Of a stretch of DNA of 24,000 bases, positions 1 through 8,285 are shown piece after piece. Each line of letters starts with the position of its first letter. Position 1 is the stretch's first letter. Made by a program: the position numbers and the translations under genes. The DNA is from Hypericibacter adhaerens. Its GTDB lineage: Bacteria; Pseudomonadota; Alphaproteobacteria; Dongiales; Dongiaceae. The notes under the pieces are model-generated. The model saw nothing but the letters and a program-made list of their open reading frames with translations, did not search any database and was not told the DNA's origin. The DNA lies in NCBI RefSeq assembly GCF_008728835.1, contig NZ_CP042582.1:3684217-3708216 (forward strand), read 5' to 3'.

Positions 1-1
1 C

Positions 2-853
2 TTATGGGTTCCCGGTCCACAATCTGATACTTCGCCAGCCGAACTCGCTCGAGCTATTGAGCGAATGGGCAGGTGGTACGACCTGCTGGGAATAGAGCCG
101 CCGGGGGTGCCAAGCTCGTGCGCTGGTCCGGCCTTCGAACAGCAGATTGAGGCATTGCTGGAGGTTCGGCCGCCAGTCTTCAGCTTTGTCTTTGGAGTGC
201 CTGCAACGCACGTGCTAGATAAGTGCCGGGCTCACGGCATCGCAACCATTGGCACGGCCACCACCGTCGCGGAGGCGATCATTCTAGATCGCGCCGGCGT
301 GGATGCGATCGTGGCTTCGGGTTTCGAGGCTGGCGGCCACCGTGGCTCCTTTCTGCGGCCCGCGGAGGAATCCCTGATCGGTACGCTGGCTCTGGTTCCC
401 CAAGTGGTCGACAGCGTTACCGCTCCAGTAATTGCTGCAGGCGGCATTGCCGATGCGCGGGGTGTCGCAGCCGCACTCATGCTGGGAGCGCAAGGGGCAC
501 AGATAGGCACCGCCTTTCTTGCGTGCGCTGAAGCCAACCTGCCCCAGCCGCATCGCCAGGCGATATTGAGTGTCCCCGTCAAGGAGACGGTCCTGACAAA
601 AGCGTTCAGCGGACGATTGGCTCGCAGTGTGCGTAACGGGCTTTCAGATGCGTGTGCGGCCGGTGATTTACCTCTTCTGCCTTATCCTGCCCAGGCATGG
701 CTCATCAACACAATGCGCAGCGCAGCCGTTTCACAAGACCGAGATGACTTGCTTTCTCTGTCGTGTGGACAGGCCGCTGGCCTTGTCCAAGGAACAAGTG
801 CCCGCGAACTGGTCGGCAGCATTGTAAGTGGCCTCCAGGAACTTCTTACTTGA
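2..853 (+). CDS. Nitronate monooxygenase (NMO / 2-nitropropane dioxygenase family), 5' end cut by the window edge
   Basis: The reading frame is open from base 2, with no stop before the ATG at 65, so the gene starts upstream of the window. The translation carries the FMN TIM-barrel signatures VDAIVASGFEAGGHRGSF and PVIAAGGIADARG typical of this family. Stop at 851-853. Confidence 0.8.
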   Translation, partial: LWVPGPQSDTSPAELARAIERMGRWYDLLGIEPPGVPSSCAGPAFEQQIEALLEVRPPVFSFVFGVPATHVLDKCRAHGIATIGTATTVAEAIILDRAGVDAIVASGFEAGGHRGSFLRPAEESLIGTLALVPQVVDSVTAPVIAAGGIADARGVAAALMLGAQGAQIGTAFLACAEANLPQPHRQAILSVPVKETVLTKAFSGRLARSVRNGLSDACAAGDLPLLPYPAQAWLINTMRSAAVSQDRDDLLSLSCGQAAGLVQGTSARELVGSIVSGLQELLT

Positions 854-911
854 TGGGGATGACACTTCGCGTGCAGCGCATCCAACCCTGACCTTGCGAT
901 TGGAACAACAT

Positions 912-1333
912 ATGAGCATTGAGCTTCCCGTGCAAAAGCAGCTTAAAGCCTACAACGCCCGCGATATCGAGGCGTTCATGCGGTGGTGGGCGGATGATGC
1001 TCAGTACTATGAGTTTCCCACGAGATTAGTTGCCAACGGCACAGCCGAGATCAAAGCGCGACACGAAGCGCGTTTCGGCGAGTTGAATTTGCATGGCAAG
1101 CTGATCGGTCGAATGACCGTAGGCGATGTCGTAGTCGATCAGGAGGTGGTTACGCGAACCTTCCGGAGGGCGCAGGTGAAATCGATGTGCTCGCAATATA
1201 TCAGATCGAGCATGGCAAGATAGCACGTGCGTGGTTTAAAATGGGCAAACCGCGGTTGCATGGCGCCGCGACTAGCAAGTGCTGTAACGACACCCACCGT
1301 GGGGTAAGCAATATCATCGGCAGGGCAAGCTAA
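912..1333 (+). pseudogene. NTF2-like / SnoaL-like small protein, apparently disrupted by a 1-nt frameshift near 1161-1166
   Basis: From the ATG at 912 the translation is MSIELPVQKQLKAYNARDIEAFMRWWADD...VVVDQEVVTRTF, then turns into Arg-rich nonsense (RRAQVKSMCS...). The -1 frame from 1163 continues as PEGAGEIDVLAIYQIEHGKIARAWFKMGKPRL, a typical C-terminal beta-sheet segment of NTF2-like proteins. This is consistent with one C missing in ttc(c)cgg. The stop in the shifted frame is at 1331-1333. Confidence 0.55.
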
Positions 1334-1747
1334 ATGAATACACCGCCATGTCATTCGACGAAGGCGCCAGTTTACATGGCCTGCCGACAGCAGACCACAC
1401 TCGGCAGCAGCCCCTAAGTCACCATCGTCGAGCGATGCACGATTGCCCGCTGGCTGTGGCCAGCTCGATCGCTACACGGGCCAGTGTCTGTTTGGACAGA
1501 GACTCGCTAAATTCCCCTCTGTACCAGCGGGGAGTCTTGGAGCCGATAGTATACTGAGTAGTCGACTCCTAACGCCAATGAAGCCGTTAGGCTGGTCTGA
1601 CGAGCAAGAAGGAAACCCGCCACGGTCGTCGCAGGCATGTCGAACGAGATTCACGCCAGTGCTTGCCACGTCCGCTTGCCGCCATGTCTATCGTGCATGT
1701 CCGCGTGGTTGCGCCAAATGCGATATTCCAATTAGCGAGGGTTCAAT

Positions 1748-2566
1748 ATGAGCCGTGATACCACGGCGACGCGTCGTCGCATCATCGAGGCAGCAGACGA
1801 GTTGTTCCACAGCGAAGGCGTCAAGTCAGTTAGCGTTGACCGTATCGCCGAGAAAGCTGCTATCACCAAGCGGACACTATACTATCATTTCCGCAGCAAG
1901 GACGACTTGATCGCCGCCTACCTCGCAGAGCGAGACGTGCCGACTATGCAGCGCTACCGGACTTGGCTCGGCATGGCTCCGGGCCCGGTCCTTGTACGAT
2001 TGGAGCGAATGTTTGGAGAGCTAGCGAAGGCCGCCGCAGACCCCAAATGGCGGGGCTGTGGATTCCTGCGGGTTGCCGTGGAACTCGCCAACCTGCCTGG
2101 CCATCCCGCGCGTCGTGTCGCTGCCGCGCACAAAAGGCGCTTCGAGGCGTGGCTGGCTGACGAACTCAGAGCTGAAGGCATCCTCGATCCCGCGGGCAAG
2201 GCACGTTGTTTGATGATTGTCCTCGACGGTGTCATTGCAGAGATGATCATCCATAAGAACAACGGCTACGCTGGGGCTGCCATTTCAATGTGCCGGGCCG
2301 TACTAGGCATGTCACCGTGCGAGCGCCCGGCCACGATCTCTGATGCCGACGTCGATCTGCAGCCTGGATCCTCTTCGACGAAGTTACCGAGGGCCAAAGA
2401 CGTCAGTCTGGCGCAGAAGCAACCGACCGACCACGCCCTGACGACAGCGGGACCGGTCGCCGTCAACGGTGAGCGCCGTTGCTCCGCCTGCCACCACGAC
2501 GTGGTGGTGGTTCCGGGTATGTCGCTGCGACCTTGTCCGTCTTGCGAGCGTTCCGCAGCCGCGTAG
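1748..2566 (+). CDS. TetR/AcrR-family transcriptional regulator with an unusually long C-terminal tail
   Basis: The N-terminal HTH is RRRIIEAADELFHSEGVKSVSVDRIAEKAAITKRTLYYHFRSKDDLIAAYL. The TetR-like body ends around residue 185. About 90 further residues run to the stop at 2564-2566 and overlap the convergent TetR gene. Confidence 0.8.
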   Translation: MSRDTTATRRRIIEAADELFHSEGVKSVSVDRIAEKAAITKRTLYYHFRSKDDLIAAYLAERDVPTMQRYRTWLGMAPGPVLVRLERMFGELAKAAADPKWRGCGFLRVAVELANLPGHPARRVAAAHKRRFEAWLADELRAEGILDPAGKARCLMIVLDGVIAEMIIHKNNGYAGAAISMCRAVLGMSPCERPATISDADVDLQPGSSSTKLPRAKDVSLAQKQPTDHALTTAGPVAVNGERRCSACHHDVVVVPGMSLRPCPSCERSAAA

Positions 2567-3128
2567 CCGGGCAAGCTGCAGCGAGAAGTACCAATGCCGC
2601 CTTCCGCGCTGACTGGGCGCCAAACTCATTGCGCCTTACTAGCGCCCACACGATTGCCCCCTCCCAGAGCAACAAGAGCTGGCTGGCCAACGTATCTGGA
2701 TCTGCCGCCCCTGCCTGGGCGGCGAGATTTCGGAACCAGACCCGACGTTGCTCCTTGAACAACACCGCGACTTTTCGGGCTTCAGCTGCATTCTCTCCAA
2801 GCTCTCCAAGTTCCGCGACGGCGTTGATGAACGCGCATCCGCGGAACCCGGCTCGCGTCATCGACCGGCCAAGCCGATCAAAGGCCGCTGCGATTAACTT
2901 CGAAGGCGTTCCGCGTTCCGCTATGGGTGGCAGGAGTCGACGACGAAGGTACGCGAGCACGAGGGCCTCTTTGGAAGCATAATGGTTGTACAAGGTACGC
3001 TTGCTGATCCCTACCTCCGCAGCGACGGTGTCAACGCCTACAGCGCGAATTCCCCTCCGATAAAATAGTCGGTCGGCTGTCTCCAGGATCCGTTCCTGCA
3101 TTGCCTCCTTGGGCGCCCATCTACCCAT
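2463..3128 (-). CDS. TetR/AcrR-family transcriptional regulator, divergent from the MFS transporter
   Basis: The HTH is QERILETADRLFYRRGIRAVGVDTVAAEVGISKRTLYNHYASKEALVLAYL. The start could instead be the internal Met at 3101. The 3' tail overlaps the other TetR gene by 104 bp. Confidence 0.85.
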   Translation of the reverse strand: MGRWAPKEAMQERILETADRLFYRRGIRAVGVDTVAAEVGISKRTLYNHYASKEALVLAYLRRRLLPPIAERGTPSKLIAAAFDRLGRSMTRAGFRGCAFINAVAELGELGENAAEARKVAVLFKEQRRVWFRNLAAQAGAADPDTLASQLLLLWEGAIVWALVRRNEFGAQSARKAALVLLAAACPATRLRNARKTDKVAATYPEPPPRRGGRRSNGAHR

Positions 3129-3243
3129 GATAACACCGAAGAGTGTAGTTAAAGGAATGGTCGATCGTACCTCGGGAGGCTACAACACTGTTCTGTGTAA
3201 TCAAGTCTTCCTGCCAAGATTGCAAAGCTCTAGGGAGAACACC

Positions 3244-4503
3244 GTGGACAATTCCGGTCCAAACTACCGTCCAATAACAATCCTGATTGCTACCGGACTG
3301 ATGCTCAGCATCAGCATGGGGATACGGCAGGTATTCGGGCTATTCGTTCAGCCAATGGTCAAGGACCTCGGGCTCACGCTCTCCGAGCTCACGCTCGCGA
3401 TTTCGATACAGAATCTCGCCTGGGGGATATTGCAGCCCTTTTCAGGTGCACTTGTGGGCAGGTTCGGTTTTCGACCGATCCTGCTTGCTGGGGCTGCACT
3501 TTACGTTGCAGGGCTCGGCATTCTGTCGGCTGCTAACGGCACGGCTTCAGTGATGCTCGGCGCCGGCGTGCTCGTCGGAGCATCGCTGGCTTGCACCGGC
3601 TCAGCGATATCTCAAGCGGTCGCTTCCCGAGCCACCTCGGGCCCAAGGCGAAGCATCGTGCTCGGCCTCATCGTCGGAGTCGGCTCGCTCGGAGCACTCG
3701 CTGCGGCGCCACTTGGACAATCCGTTACCGATGTCTACGGATGGCGAGCTGGCGTTCTAGCCGTGCTTGCGCTTGCGTCACTGCTCTTTCCTGCCGCTTG
3801 GGTCGCTGGACGCGTGGATCGGATCCCTCTACCGGATACGGCCTCCCCCAACCGCGCGGACAAGAGTGCTTTGGCAGCAATGCGCTTGGCACTGCATCGA
3901 CCTGCTTTTCTGGTTATGACGACAGCGTATTTCGTCTGCGGCATGCAGTTGCTGTTCATCGCGACACACTTGCCCTCCTATCTGGCTTTGTGCGGCATGG
4001 ACCCCATGCTCGCCCCGGAAGCGCTCAGTTGCGTTGCGCTATTCAACGTCGCCGGGAGTCTATTCTTTGGATGGGCTGGAAGTCGCTGGTCGAAGCTTGT
4101 GCTCCTGGGTTCAATCTATGTTGTTCGCTCACTAGTCATAGCTTGGTACTTTGCTGCCTTTCCAACACCCGCGTCCACGCTCATCTTCGCCTCCGCAATG
4201 GGGTTCCTCTGGCTGGGCGTAGGTCCACTCGTCTCTGGGGCCGTTGCCGAGATGTTCGGATTGCGATGGCAGGCAATGATTCAAGGCATCGCGTTCATGA
4301 GCCATCAGCTAGGCAGCTTTGCGGGAGCATTCGGTGGCGGCCTGGTGTTTGATATCTGGGGTCGGTACGATTTGGCGTGGCATGTCGGGGTCGGGCTCGG
4401 ACTCACCGCCGGTTCGGTACAAATTGCCACAGCACTTATTCGGCGAAACCCGGGAGCGCCGACAAAATTGATCCCTGCATTTCCGGCACATTGCAGGGAA
4501 TGA
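3244..4503 (+). CDS. MFS-family transporter
   Basis: About 12 hydrophobic segments (ITILIATGLMLSISMGIRQVFGLFVQP..., LLFIATHLPSYLALCG..., GFLWLGVGPLVSGAVAEMFG...). The ORF is open from 3109, but the first 45 residues are non-membrane and overlap the TetR start. A GTG at 3244 is preceded by AGGGAGA, so I take it as the start. Confidence 0.8.
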   Translation: MDNSGPNYRPITILIATGLMLSISMGIRQVFGLFVQPMVKDLGLTLSELTLAISIQNLAWGILQPFSGALVGRFGFRPILLAGAALYVAGLGILSAANGTASVMLGAGVLVGASLACTGSAISQAVASRATSGPRRSIVLGLIVGVGSLGALAAAPLGQSVTDVYGWRAGVLAVLALASLLFPAAWVAGRVDRIPLPDTASPNRADKSALAAMRLALHRPAFLVMTTAYFVCGMQLLFIATHLPSYLALCGMDPMLAPEALSCVALFNVAGSLFFGWAGSRWSKLVLLGSIYVVRSLVIAWYFAAFPTPASTLIFASAMGFLWLGVGPLVSGAVAEMFGLRWQAMIQGIAFMSHQLGSFAGAFGGGLVFDIWGRYDLAWHVGVGLGLTAGSVQIATALIRRNPGAPTKLIPAFPAHCRE

Positions 4504-4960
4504 TAGAGATTGACTGTCCTCAAAACGACGCGGCCCAGAGTTCAGTCGATCCGGCAGATATCTGATATCGCGCGGCAGGAAGCACATTTCTTTCAAAGAC
4601 CAATAATAACATGGCCCCACCTTCCAATCGATTGTCGTAGCCCGTTCTCGTCTCAGATCAGCGACGAGGCCCAGGCGCTTGCTCCGTGCATACATGCCGG
4701 CCGGCATCGTGACGCCGTCTGCGAACGATTCTCGCGCCGGGATCTTCGATCTCGACGGCGCAGTCGCGACACGACAAATCTTCGTCGAGGCGGCGCCAAC
4801 GTCAGCTTGTTCGATGCGCCGATTTCATCGGCGAAGGCGTAGTGATGCCGCGCAATCATAGCGCGGCCGAAAGCGCGACGTCATTGGCGTCCCAATGTAC
4901 TGCTGGACGAGACTGGATGGTACGCAAGCAACTTGGCAACAATCTCAGATAGGTAGAGTT

Positions 4961-5771
4961 ATGATCATCGATGCGTGGATGCAGCATCTTAGTGCCGAGT
5001 GGATCCGCAATCCCATGTTCGACTCGCTGCGTCGGTGGAAGCCTGGAAAGTGGTCGGAAACAAGCCAGCCCATCGAGGCGACAATTACCGAGATGGATCA
5101 GGCTGGCGTTTCGGTTGGCTTGCTCTGTGCGTGGCACGCACCGTCTGGGCCACTCATCAGTAACGACGAAGTCGCGCAATATTGCCGCGCGTATCCGGAT
5201 CGTTTCGTCGGCATTGCCTCTGTCGATCTCTATCGACCAATGGACGCTGTGCGCGAACTGAGGCGCCGTGTAAAGCACGACGGCTTCAAAGGCCTGCGCG
5301 TCCTGCCCTGGCTGTGGGGACTGCCGCCGGACGATCGGCGATACTATCCACTGTTTATGGAGTGCTGCGAGCTCGATATTCCGTTCTGCACGCAGGTCGG
5401 ACACGCCGGACCGCTAAGGGAGTCGGAGCCCGGGCGTCCCATCCCCTATCTCGATCGCGTCGCGCTTGAGTTTCCCGAACTACGCATTCTCGCCGGCCAC
5501 ATCGGCGTACCTTGGCTCGGTGAGATGCTAACTGGTCATGAAATACCCCAACGTGTTCATCGATACGTCGGCCTACAAGGTCTATCGCTATCCCAAAGAG
5601 TTGGCCGACTACATGCGCGGCAATGCAAGGCACCGCGTATTATTCGGGTCAAACCACCCATTCTGGCCGCCAAGCGAGTGCCTCAGCGGTCTCGATGCGC
5701 TCGAACTTGGGGAGCCTTCCAGAGCTGCCTTCCTCATAGGCAACGCCCAACGCGTGTTCAAGCTCAACTAG
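4961..5771 (+). pseudogene. Amidohydrolase-2 family (PF04909-like metal-dependent hydrolase) interrupted by a frameshift at about 5529-5533
   Basis: Frame 2 reads MIIDAWMQHL...FVGIASVDLYRPMDAVRELRRRVKHDGFKGLRVLPWLWG...ILAGHIGVPWLGEML and then becomes Arg-rich nonsense. Frame 0 (ORF 5538..5771) supplies the expected family C-terminus: (LV)MKYPNVFIDTSAYKVYRYPKELADYMRGNARHRVLFGSNHPFWPP...FLIGNAQRVFKLN. Confidence 0.7.
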
Positions 5772-6476
5772 GAGCGGCCCTAGCGATCTTCTACGACATA
5801 CATCGGAGCCGCTAGGCTCCACTGCCGACCGCGTTGATCTCTAGGGCGCACCGCCCGGCTTATTCGCTCCCGGCGTGAATGTCCAAGATGATCGGCGCGC
5901 GCTGATGGGCATGTCGAACGTGCGCATGACCATCCGCCACAATCGATTGCCCTTTCCCTCTGTCCGCCATCTGCACTGCCGTAACTATCGTCGGTGGCCT
6001 AACTAACGAGTGGTGCCCCAGCTTTTTTGTCGACAGGCAGATGTAGTGCTCGGCTGGAGATGGATCAGTGCACGTTCGGGCTGCGCATAGAGTTCCCAAA
6101 TGAGGAGGGGCGTTTCCACCATCTTGCCGACCATGCTGAAACAGAAGTGGCGCCGACAGGCCGTCTCCGCCTTTCCATCACCGCGACACGTATGGCCGCG
6201 CAATCGCGGACATCGACGCTGTGGCCCCTCATCTCGAGGGAGAACGGCGGCTTGCGCTCGATCATGCCTTGATCGTCTGCCGGCTGTAGCGTGCCCAGGG
6301 CCGAAGCCGCAACGACAGGGTTCGAACTCGTGATCCTTGCCTTCGGAATCAAGAAACAGTTTACGCCAGAATTTCTATTTGCACGCCACAGTATCCGGCT
6401 ATCCGAACGCCGAATTTCGTCACTTTCCCTTCGGAGTCTATCGCGCTCAATTTCCTCGAAAGGAAAAACGGAGGAG

Positions 6477-6779
6477 ATGATGATGGCTGACCGTAATGGC
6501 GCCCCACTCAAACGGACCATCCGCCGGCATCAGCTGCGCGAAATGGTGCCCCTTGCCGACAGCACGATCTACGAGATGGAGCAGCGTGGCGAGTTCCCGC
6601 GCCGTTTTGCCCTATCGCCGAGATGCGTCGTGTGGGACCTGGCCGAAGTCGAAGCCTGGCTGGCCGCGCGGCGAGCGTCACCGGTGCGACGCGCCCAGCA
6701 CCCCGATGTCCGCCAGCGCCGTGCCCGCCCGGTCAGAGAGCGGGATCAGGGGCGAGGAGCAGCATCGAAGGCGGGATGA
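6477..6779 (+). CDS. AlpA-family phage/island regulatory protein (excisionase-like MerR-type HTH)
   Basis: The motif LREMVPLADSTIYEMEQRGEFPRRFALSPRCVVWDLAEVEAWLAAR is typical of AlpA/Xis proteins. Three consecutive ATGs at 6477-6485 are preceded by GGAGGAG. A basic C-terminal tail overlaps the integrase 3' end by 47 bp. Confidence 0.75.
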   Translation: MMMADRNGAPLKRTIRRHQLREMVPLADSTIYEMEQRGEFPRRFALSPRCVVWDLAEVEAWLAARRASPVRRAQHPDVRQRRARPVRERDQGRGAASKAG

Positions 6780-7989
6780 GGACCGGGGCGTATTTCTCGC
6801 CTGCAACCCACGCATCGACGATGTTCGACCACTCTTGCAGCATGTGCCGGCGCTGCACCTCGTACTCGGCCTTGTTGTAGACGCCGCGGGAGGAACGGCC
6901 CTCCTCATGCGCGAGGCACTTTTCGATCCAGTCGCTGTTGAAGCCGAGCTCGTTGAGCAGCGTCGATCCCGTCCGGCGTAGGTCATGGACGGTGAACGGC
7001 TCGAGCGGCAGCCCTTCCTTCTTCGCCTGCTCCACGACGAGATAGGTGACGCGGTTGAAAGTGGCCCGCGACATGGGCGCATCGGCATCGTAGCGCGATG
7101 GCAGGACGTAGCGTGAATTGCCGGCGCAGGTCTTGAGGGCGATGAAGATGTCGAGCGCCTGGCGCGAAAGATAGACGTTGTGCGCCTTGGAGCGCTTCAT
7201 CCGCTCCTTCGGGATCGTCCAGACGGCGTTCTCGAAATCGATCTCGTCCCACACCGCGTCCTGCAACTCGCTCTTCCGCACCATCGTCAGCAGGATCAGC
7301 TTCAAACCCAGACGGATCGTCGGCAGCGTTGCGACATTCTCAAGCTGCTTGAGCATGATCCTGATTTCGGTCGGCGACAGCGACCGGTCCCTCGGGGTGA
7401 AATGAGCGATCGCCGAGGGGCCGACCTCGTCGGCCGGATTGGCGACTTTCTCGCCGTGGAGGATGGCGAAGCCGTAGATCTGCTTGACGATGTCGCGGAC
7501 GTGAAGCGCCGTCGCCGGCGCGCCGCGGTCGACGATGGCGCCGCAATGTGCCCGCAGCTCGTCCGGCGTGATCTCCGTGAGAAGCCGCTTGCGCCAGGCC
7601 GGCAGGAGTTCGCGCTCGAAGATTGCCCGGCGCATGGACCGCGTGCTGTCGGCCATCGGCGCCATGGTCAGCCATTTCTCACCGAACTCGCCGAAGCTCT
7701 TCGCCTCGAGAAGCCGCCGCTTGGCGCGCTGCTTTTCAAAGGCGGGCGAGCGCCCCTCCCGGATCATGCGCTTGGCGTCGATGCACAGTTCTCGCGCTCG
7801 CGCGAGCGAGATGCCGGCCTTGTCGTACCTGCCCAGCACGACGGTCTCGCGCCGCCCGTTCAGACGGTAGTCCAGGCGGAACGACACCGTTCCCGTCGTG
7901 CTCACCAGCACATACATACCGTCACGGTCGGTGACCTTGTACGGTTTCTCCTTTGGTTTCAAGTTCTTAAGAGCCACGTCCGTCAGCAT
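6733..7989 (-). CDS. P4-type tyrosine integrase (DUF4102 N-terminal domain plus phage-integrase catalytic domain)
   Basis: The N-terminus is MLTDVALKNLKPKEKPYKVTDRDGMYVLVSTTGTVSFRLDYRLNGRRETVVLGRY. The catalytic region is TMVRKSEL...HDLRRTGSTLLNELGF...IEKCLAHEEGRSSRGVYNKAEY. I chose the Met at 7989; the ORF is open to 8055. Confidence 0.9.
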   Translation of the reverse strand: MLTDVALKNLKPKEKPYKVTDRDGMYVLVSTTGTVSFRLDYRLNGRRETVVLGRYDKAGISLARARELCIDAKRMIREGRSPAFEKQRAKRRLLEAKSFGEFGEKWLTMAPMADSTRSMRRAIFERELLPAWRKRLLTEITPDELRAHCGAIVDRGAPATALHVRDIVKQIYGFAILHGEKVANPADEVGPSAIAHFTPRDRSLSPTEIRIMLKQLENVATLPTIRLGLKLILLTMVRKSELQDAVWDEIDFENAVWTIPKERMKRSKAHNVYLSRQALDIFIALKTCAGNSRYVLPSRYDADAPMSRATFNRVTYLVVEQAKKEGLPLEPFTVHDLRRTGSTLLNELGFNSDWIEKCLAHEEGRSSRGVYNKAEYEVQRRHMLQEWSNIVDAWVAGEKYAPVLIPPSMLLLAPDPAL

Positions 7990-8011
7990 CTCCGCACGCC
8001 TCTCGACCCGC

Positions 8012-8159
8012 AATACCGTCAGCCATTTTTGGGCCGCCGATCCGGCAATAATCAACTATATTTCAATAGCTTAGCTCACAAAAAATACCGTCAGCGGCCA
8101 TCTGGATGGTGACGGTAGCGGCAGGAGTCGGACTTGGCAACGGTATCGTGCACCGTCAG
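8012..8159. promoter_or_regulatory. Cluster of (A)TACCGTCAG-like motifs between the integrase start and guaA: candidate arm-type recombinase/Xis binding sites
   Basis: AATACCGTCAGC occurs as a perfect 12-mer at 8012-8023 and 8084-8095. ACCGTCAG is at 8152-8159. Inverted copies are TGACGGTA at 8110-8117 and ACGGTAT at 8140-8146. A partial CCGTCAGC lies at 7980-7987, on the integrase start codon. Confidence 0.35.
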
Positions 8160-8285
8160 GCGGTCCGTCGGTGCCGATCCTTGCGGGCCGATAGACGCCG
8201 AACGTCAATCGTCGTTTTGATATCTATATCAATATGTTAGGTGGAAATCGCGGGATACTGCAGGATACCCTCGGAAGGGCCTGAA

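Larger units (their letters stand above)
1..8285. mobile_element. Right-hand part of a genomic island (or tandem islands) inserted at the 3' end of guaA; the left boundary lies outside the window
   Basis: The integrase and AlpA module sits directly against the guaA stop. Composition looks less GC-rich than the block from 8286 onward (by eye, not computed). The cargo is accessory-type and partly decayed. Confidence 0.5.

Noticed and set aside
1548-1555. Perfect 8-bp palindrome AGTATACT, flanked by ggagtc...gactcc, as a possible TetR operator.
   Set aside because: It lies about 190 bp upstream of the TetR start, is short, and has no second copy in the window. That is insufficient evidence.
3109-3243. 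N-terminal 45 residues of the 464-aa MFS ORF, which overlap the divergent TetR start.
   Set aside because: The segment is non-hydrophobic and not typical of an MFS N-terminus. It would overlap the TetR start codon region. A GTG with a good RBS at 3244 begins right before the first transmembrane segment.
4679-4861. Short ORF with a HAD-hydrolase-like start motif (AGIFDLDGAV).
   Set aside because: It is only 60 aa, the remainder is Arg-rich nonsense, and the other HAD motifs are absent. At best it is a gene fragment.
4856-5404. 182-aa minus-strand ORF and other small ORFs over the amidohydrolase locus (4971..5261, 5182..5469, 5355..5633).
   Set aside because: They are antisense to, or out of frame with, a gene that has clear family motifs, and they have no recognisable motifs of their own.
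6290-6346. tRNA-like fragment. GGGTTCGAACTC resembles a T-arm, and gtgcccaggg is the reverse complement of a tRNA-Phe-like acceptor end.
   Set aside because: I could not fold a T-arm or acceptor stem on either strand. Only a 6-bp ccgaag/cttcgg pairing exists, and similarity to the tRNA-Gln 3' end stops after GGTTCGAA. A highly degraded att remnant cannot be excluded, but it is not supportable.
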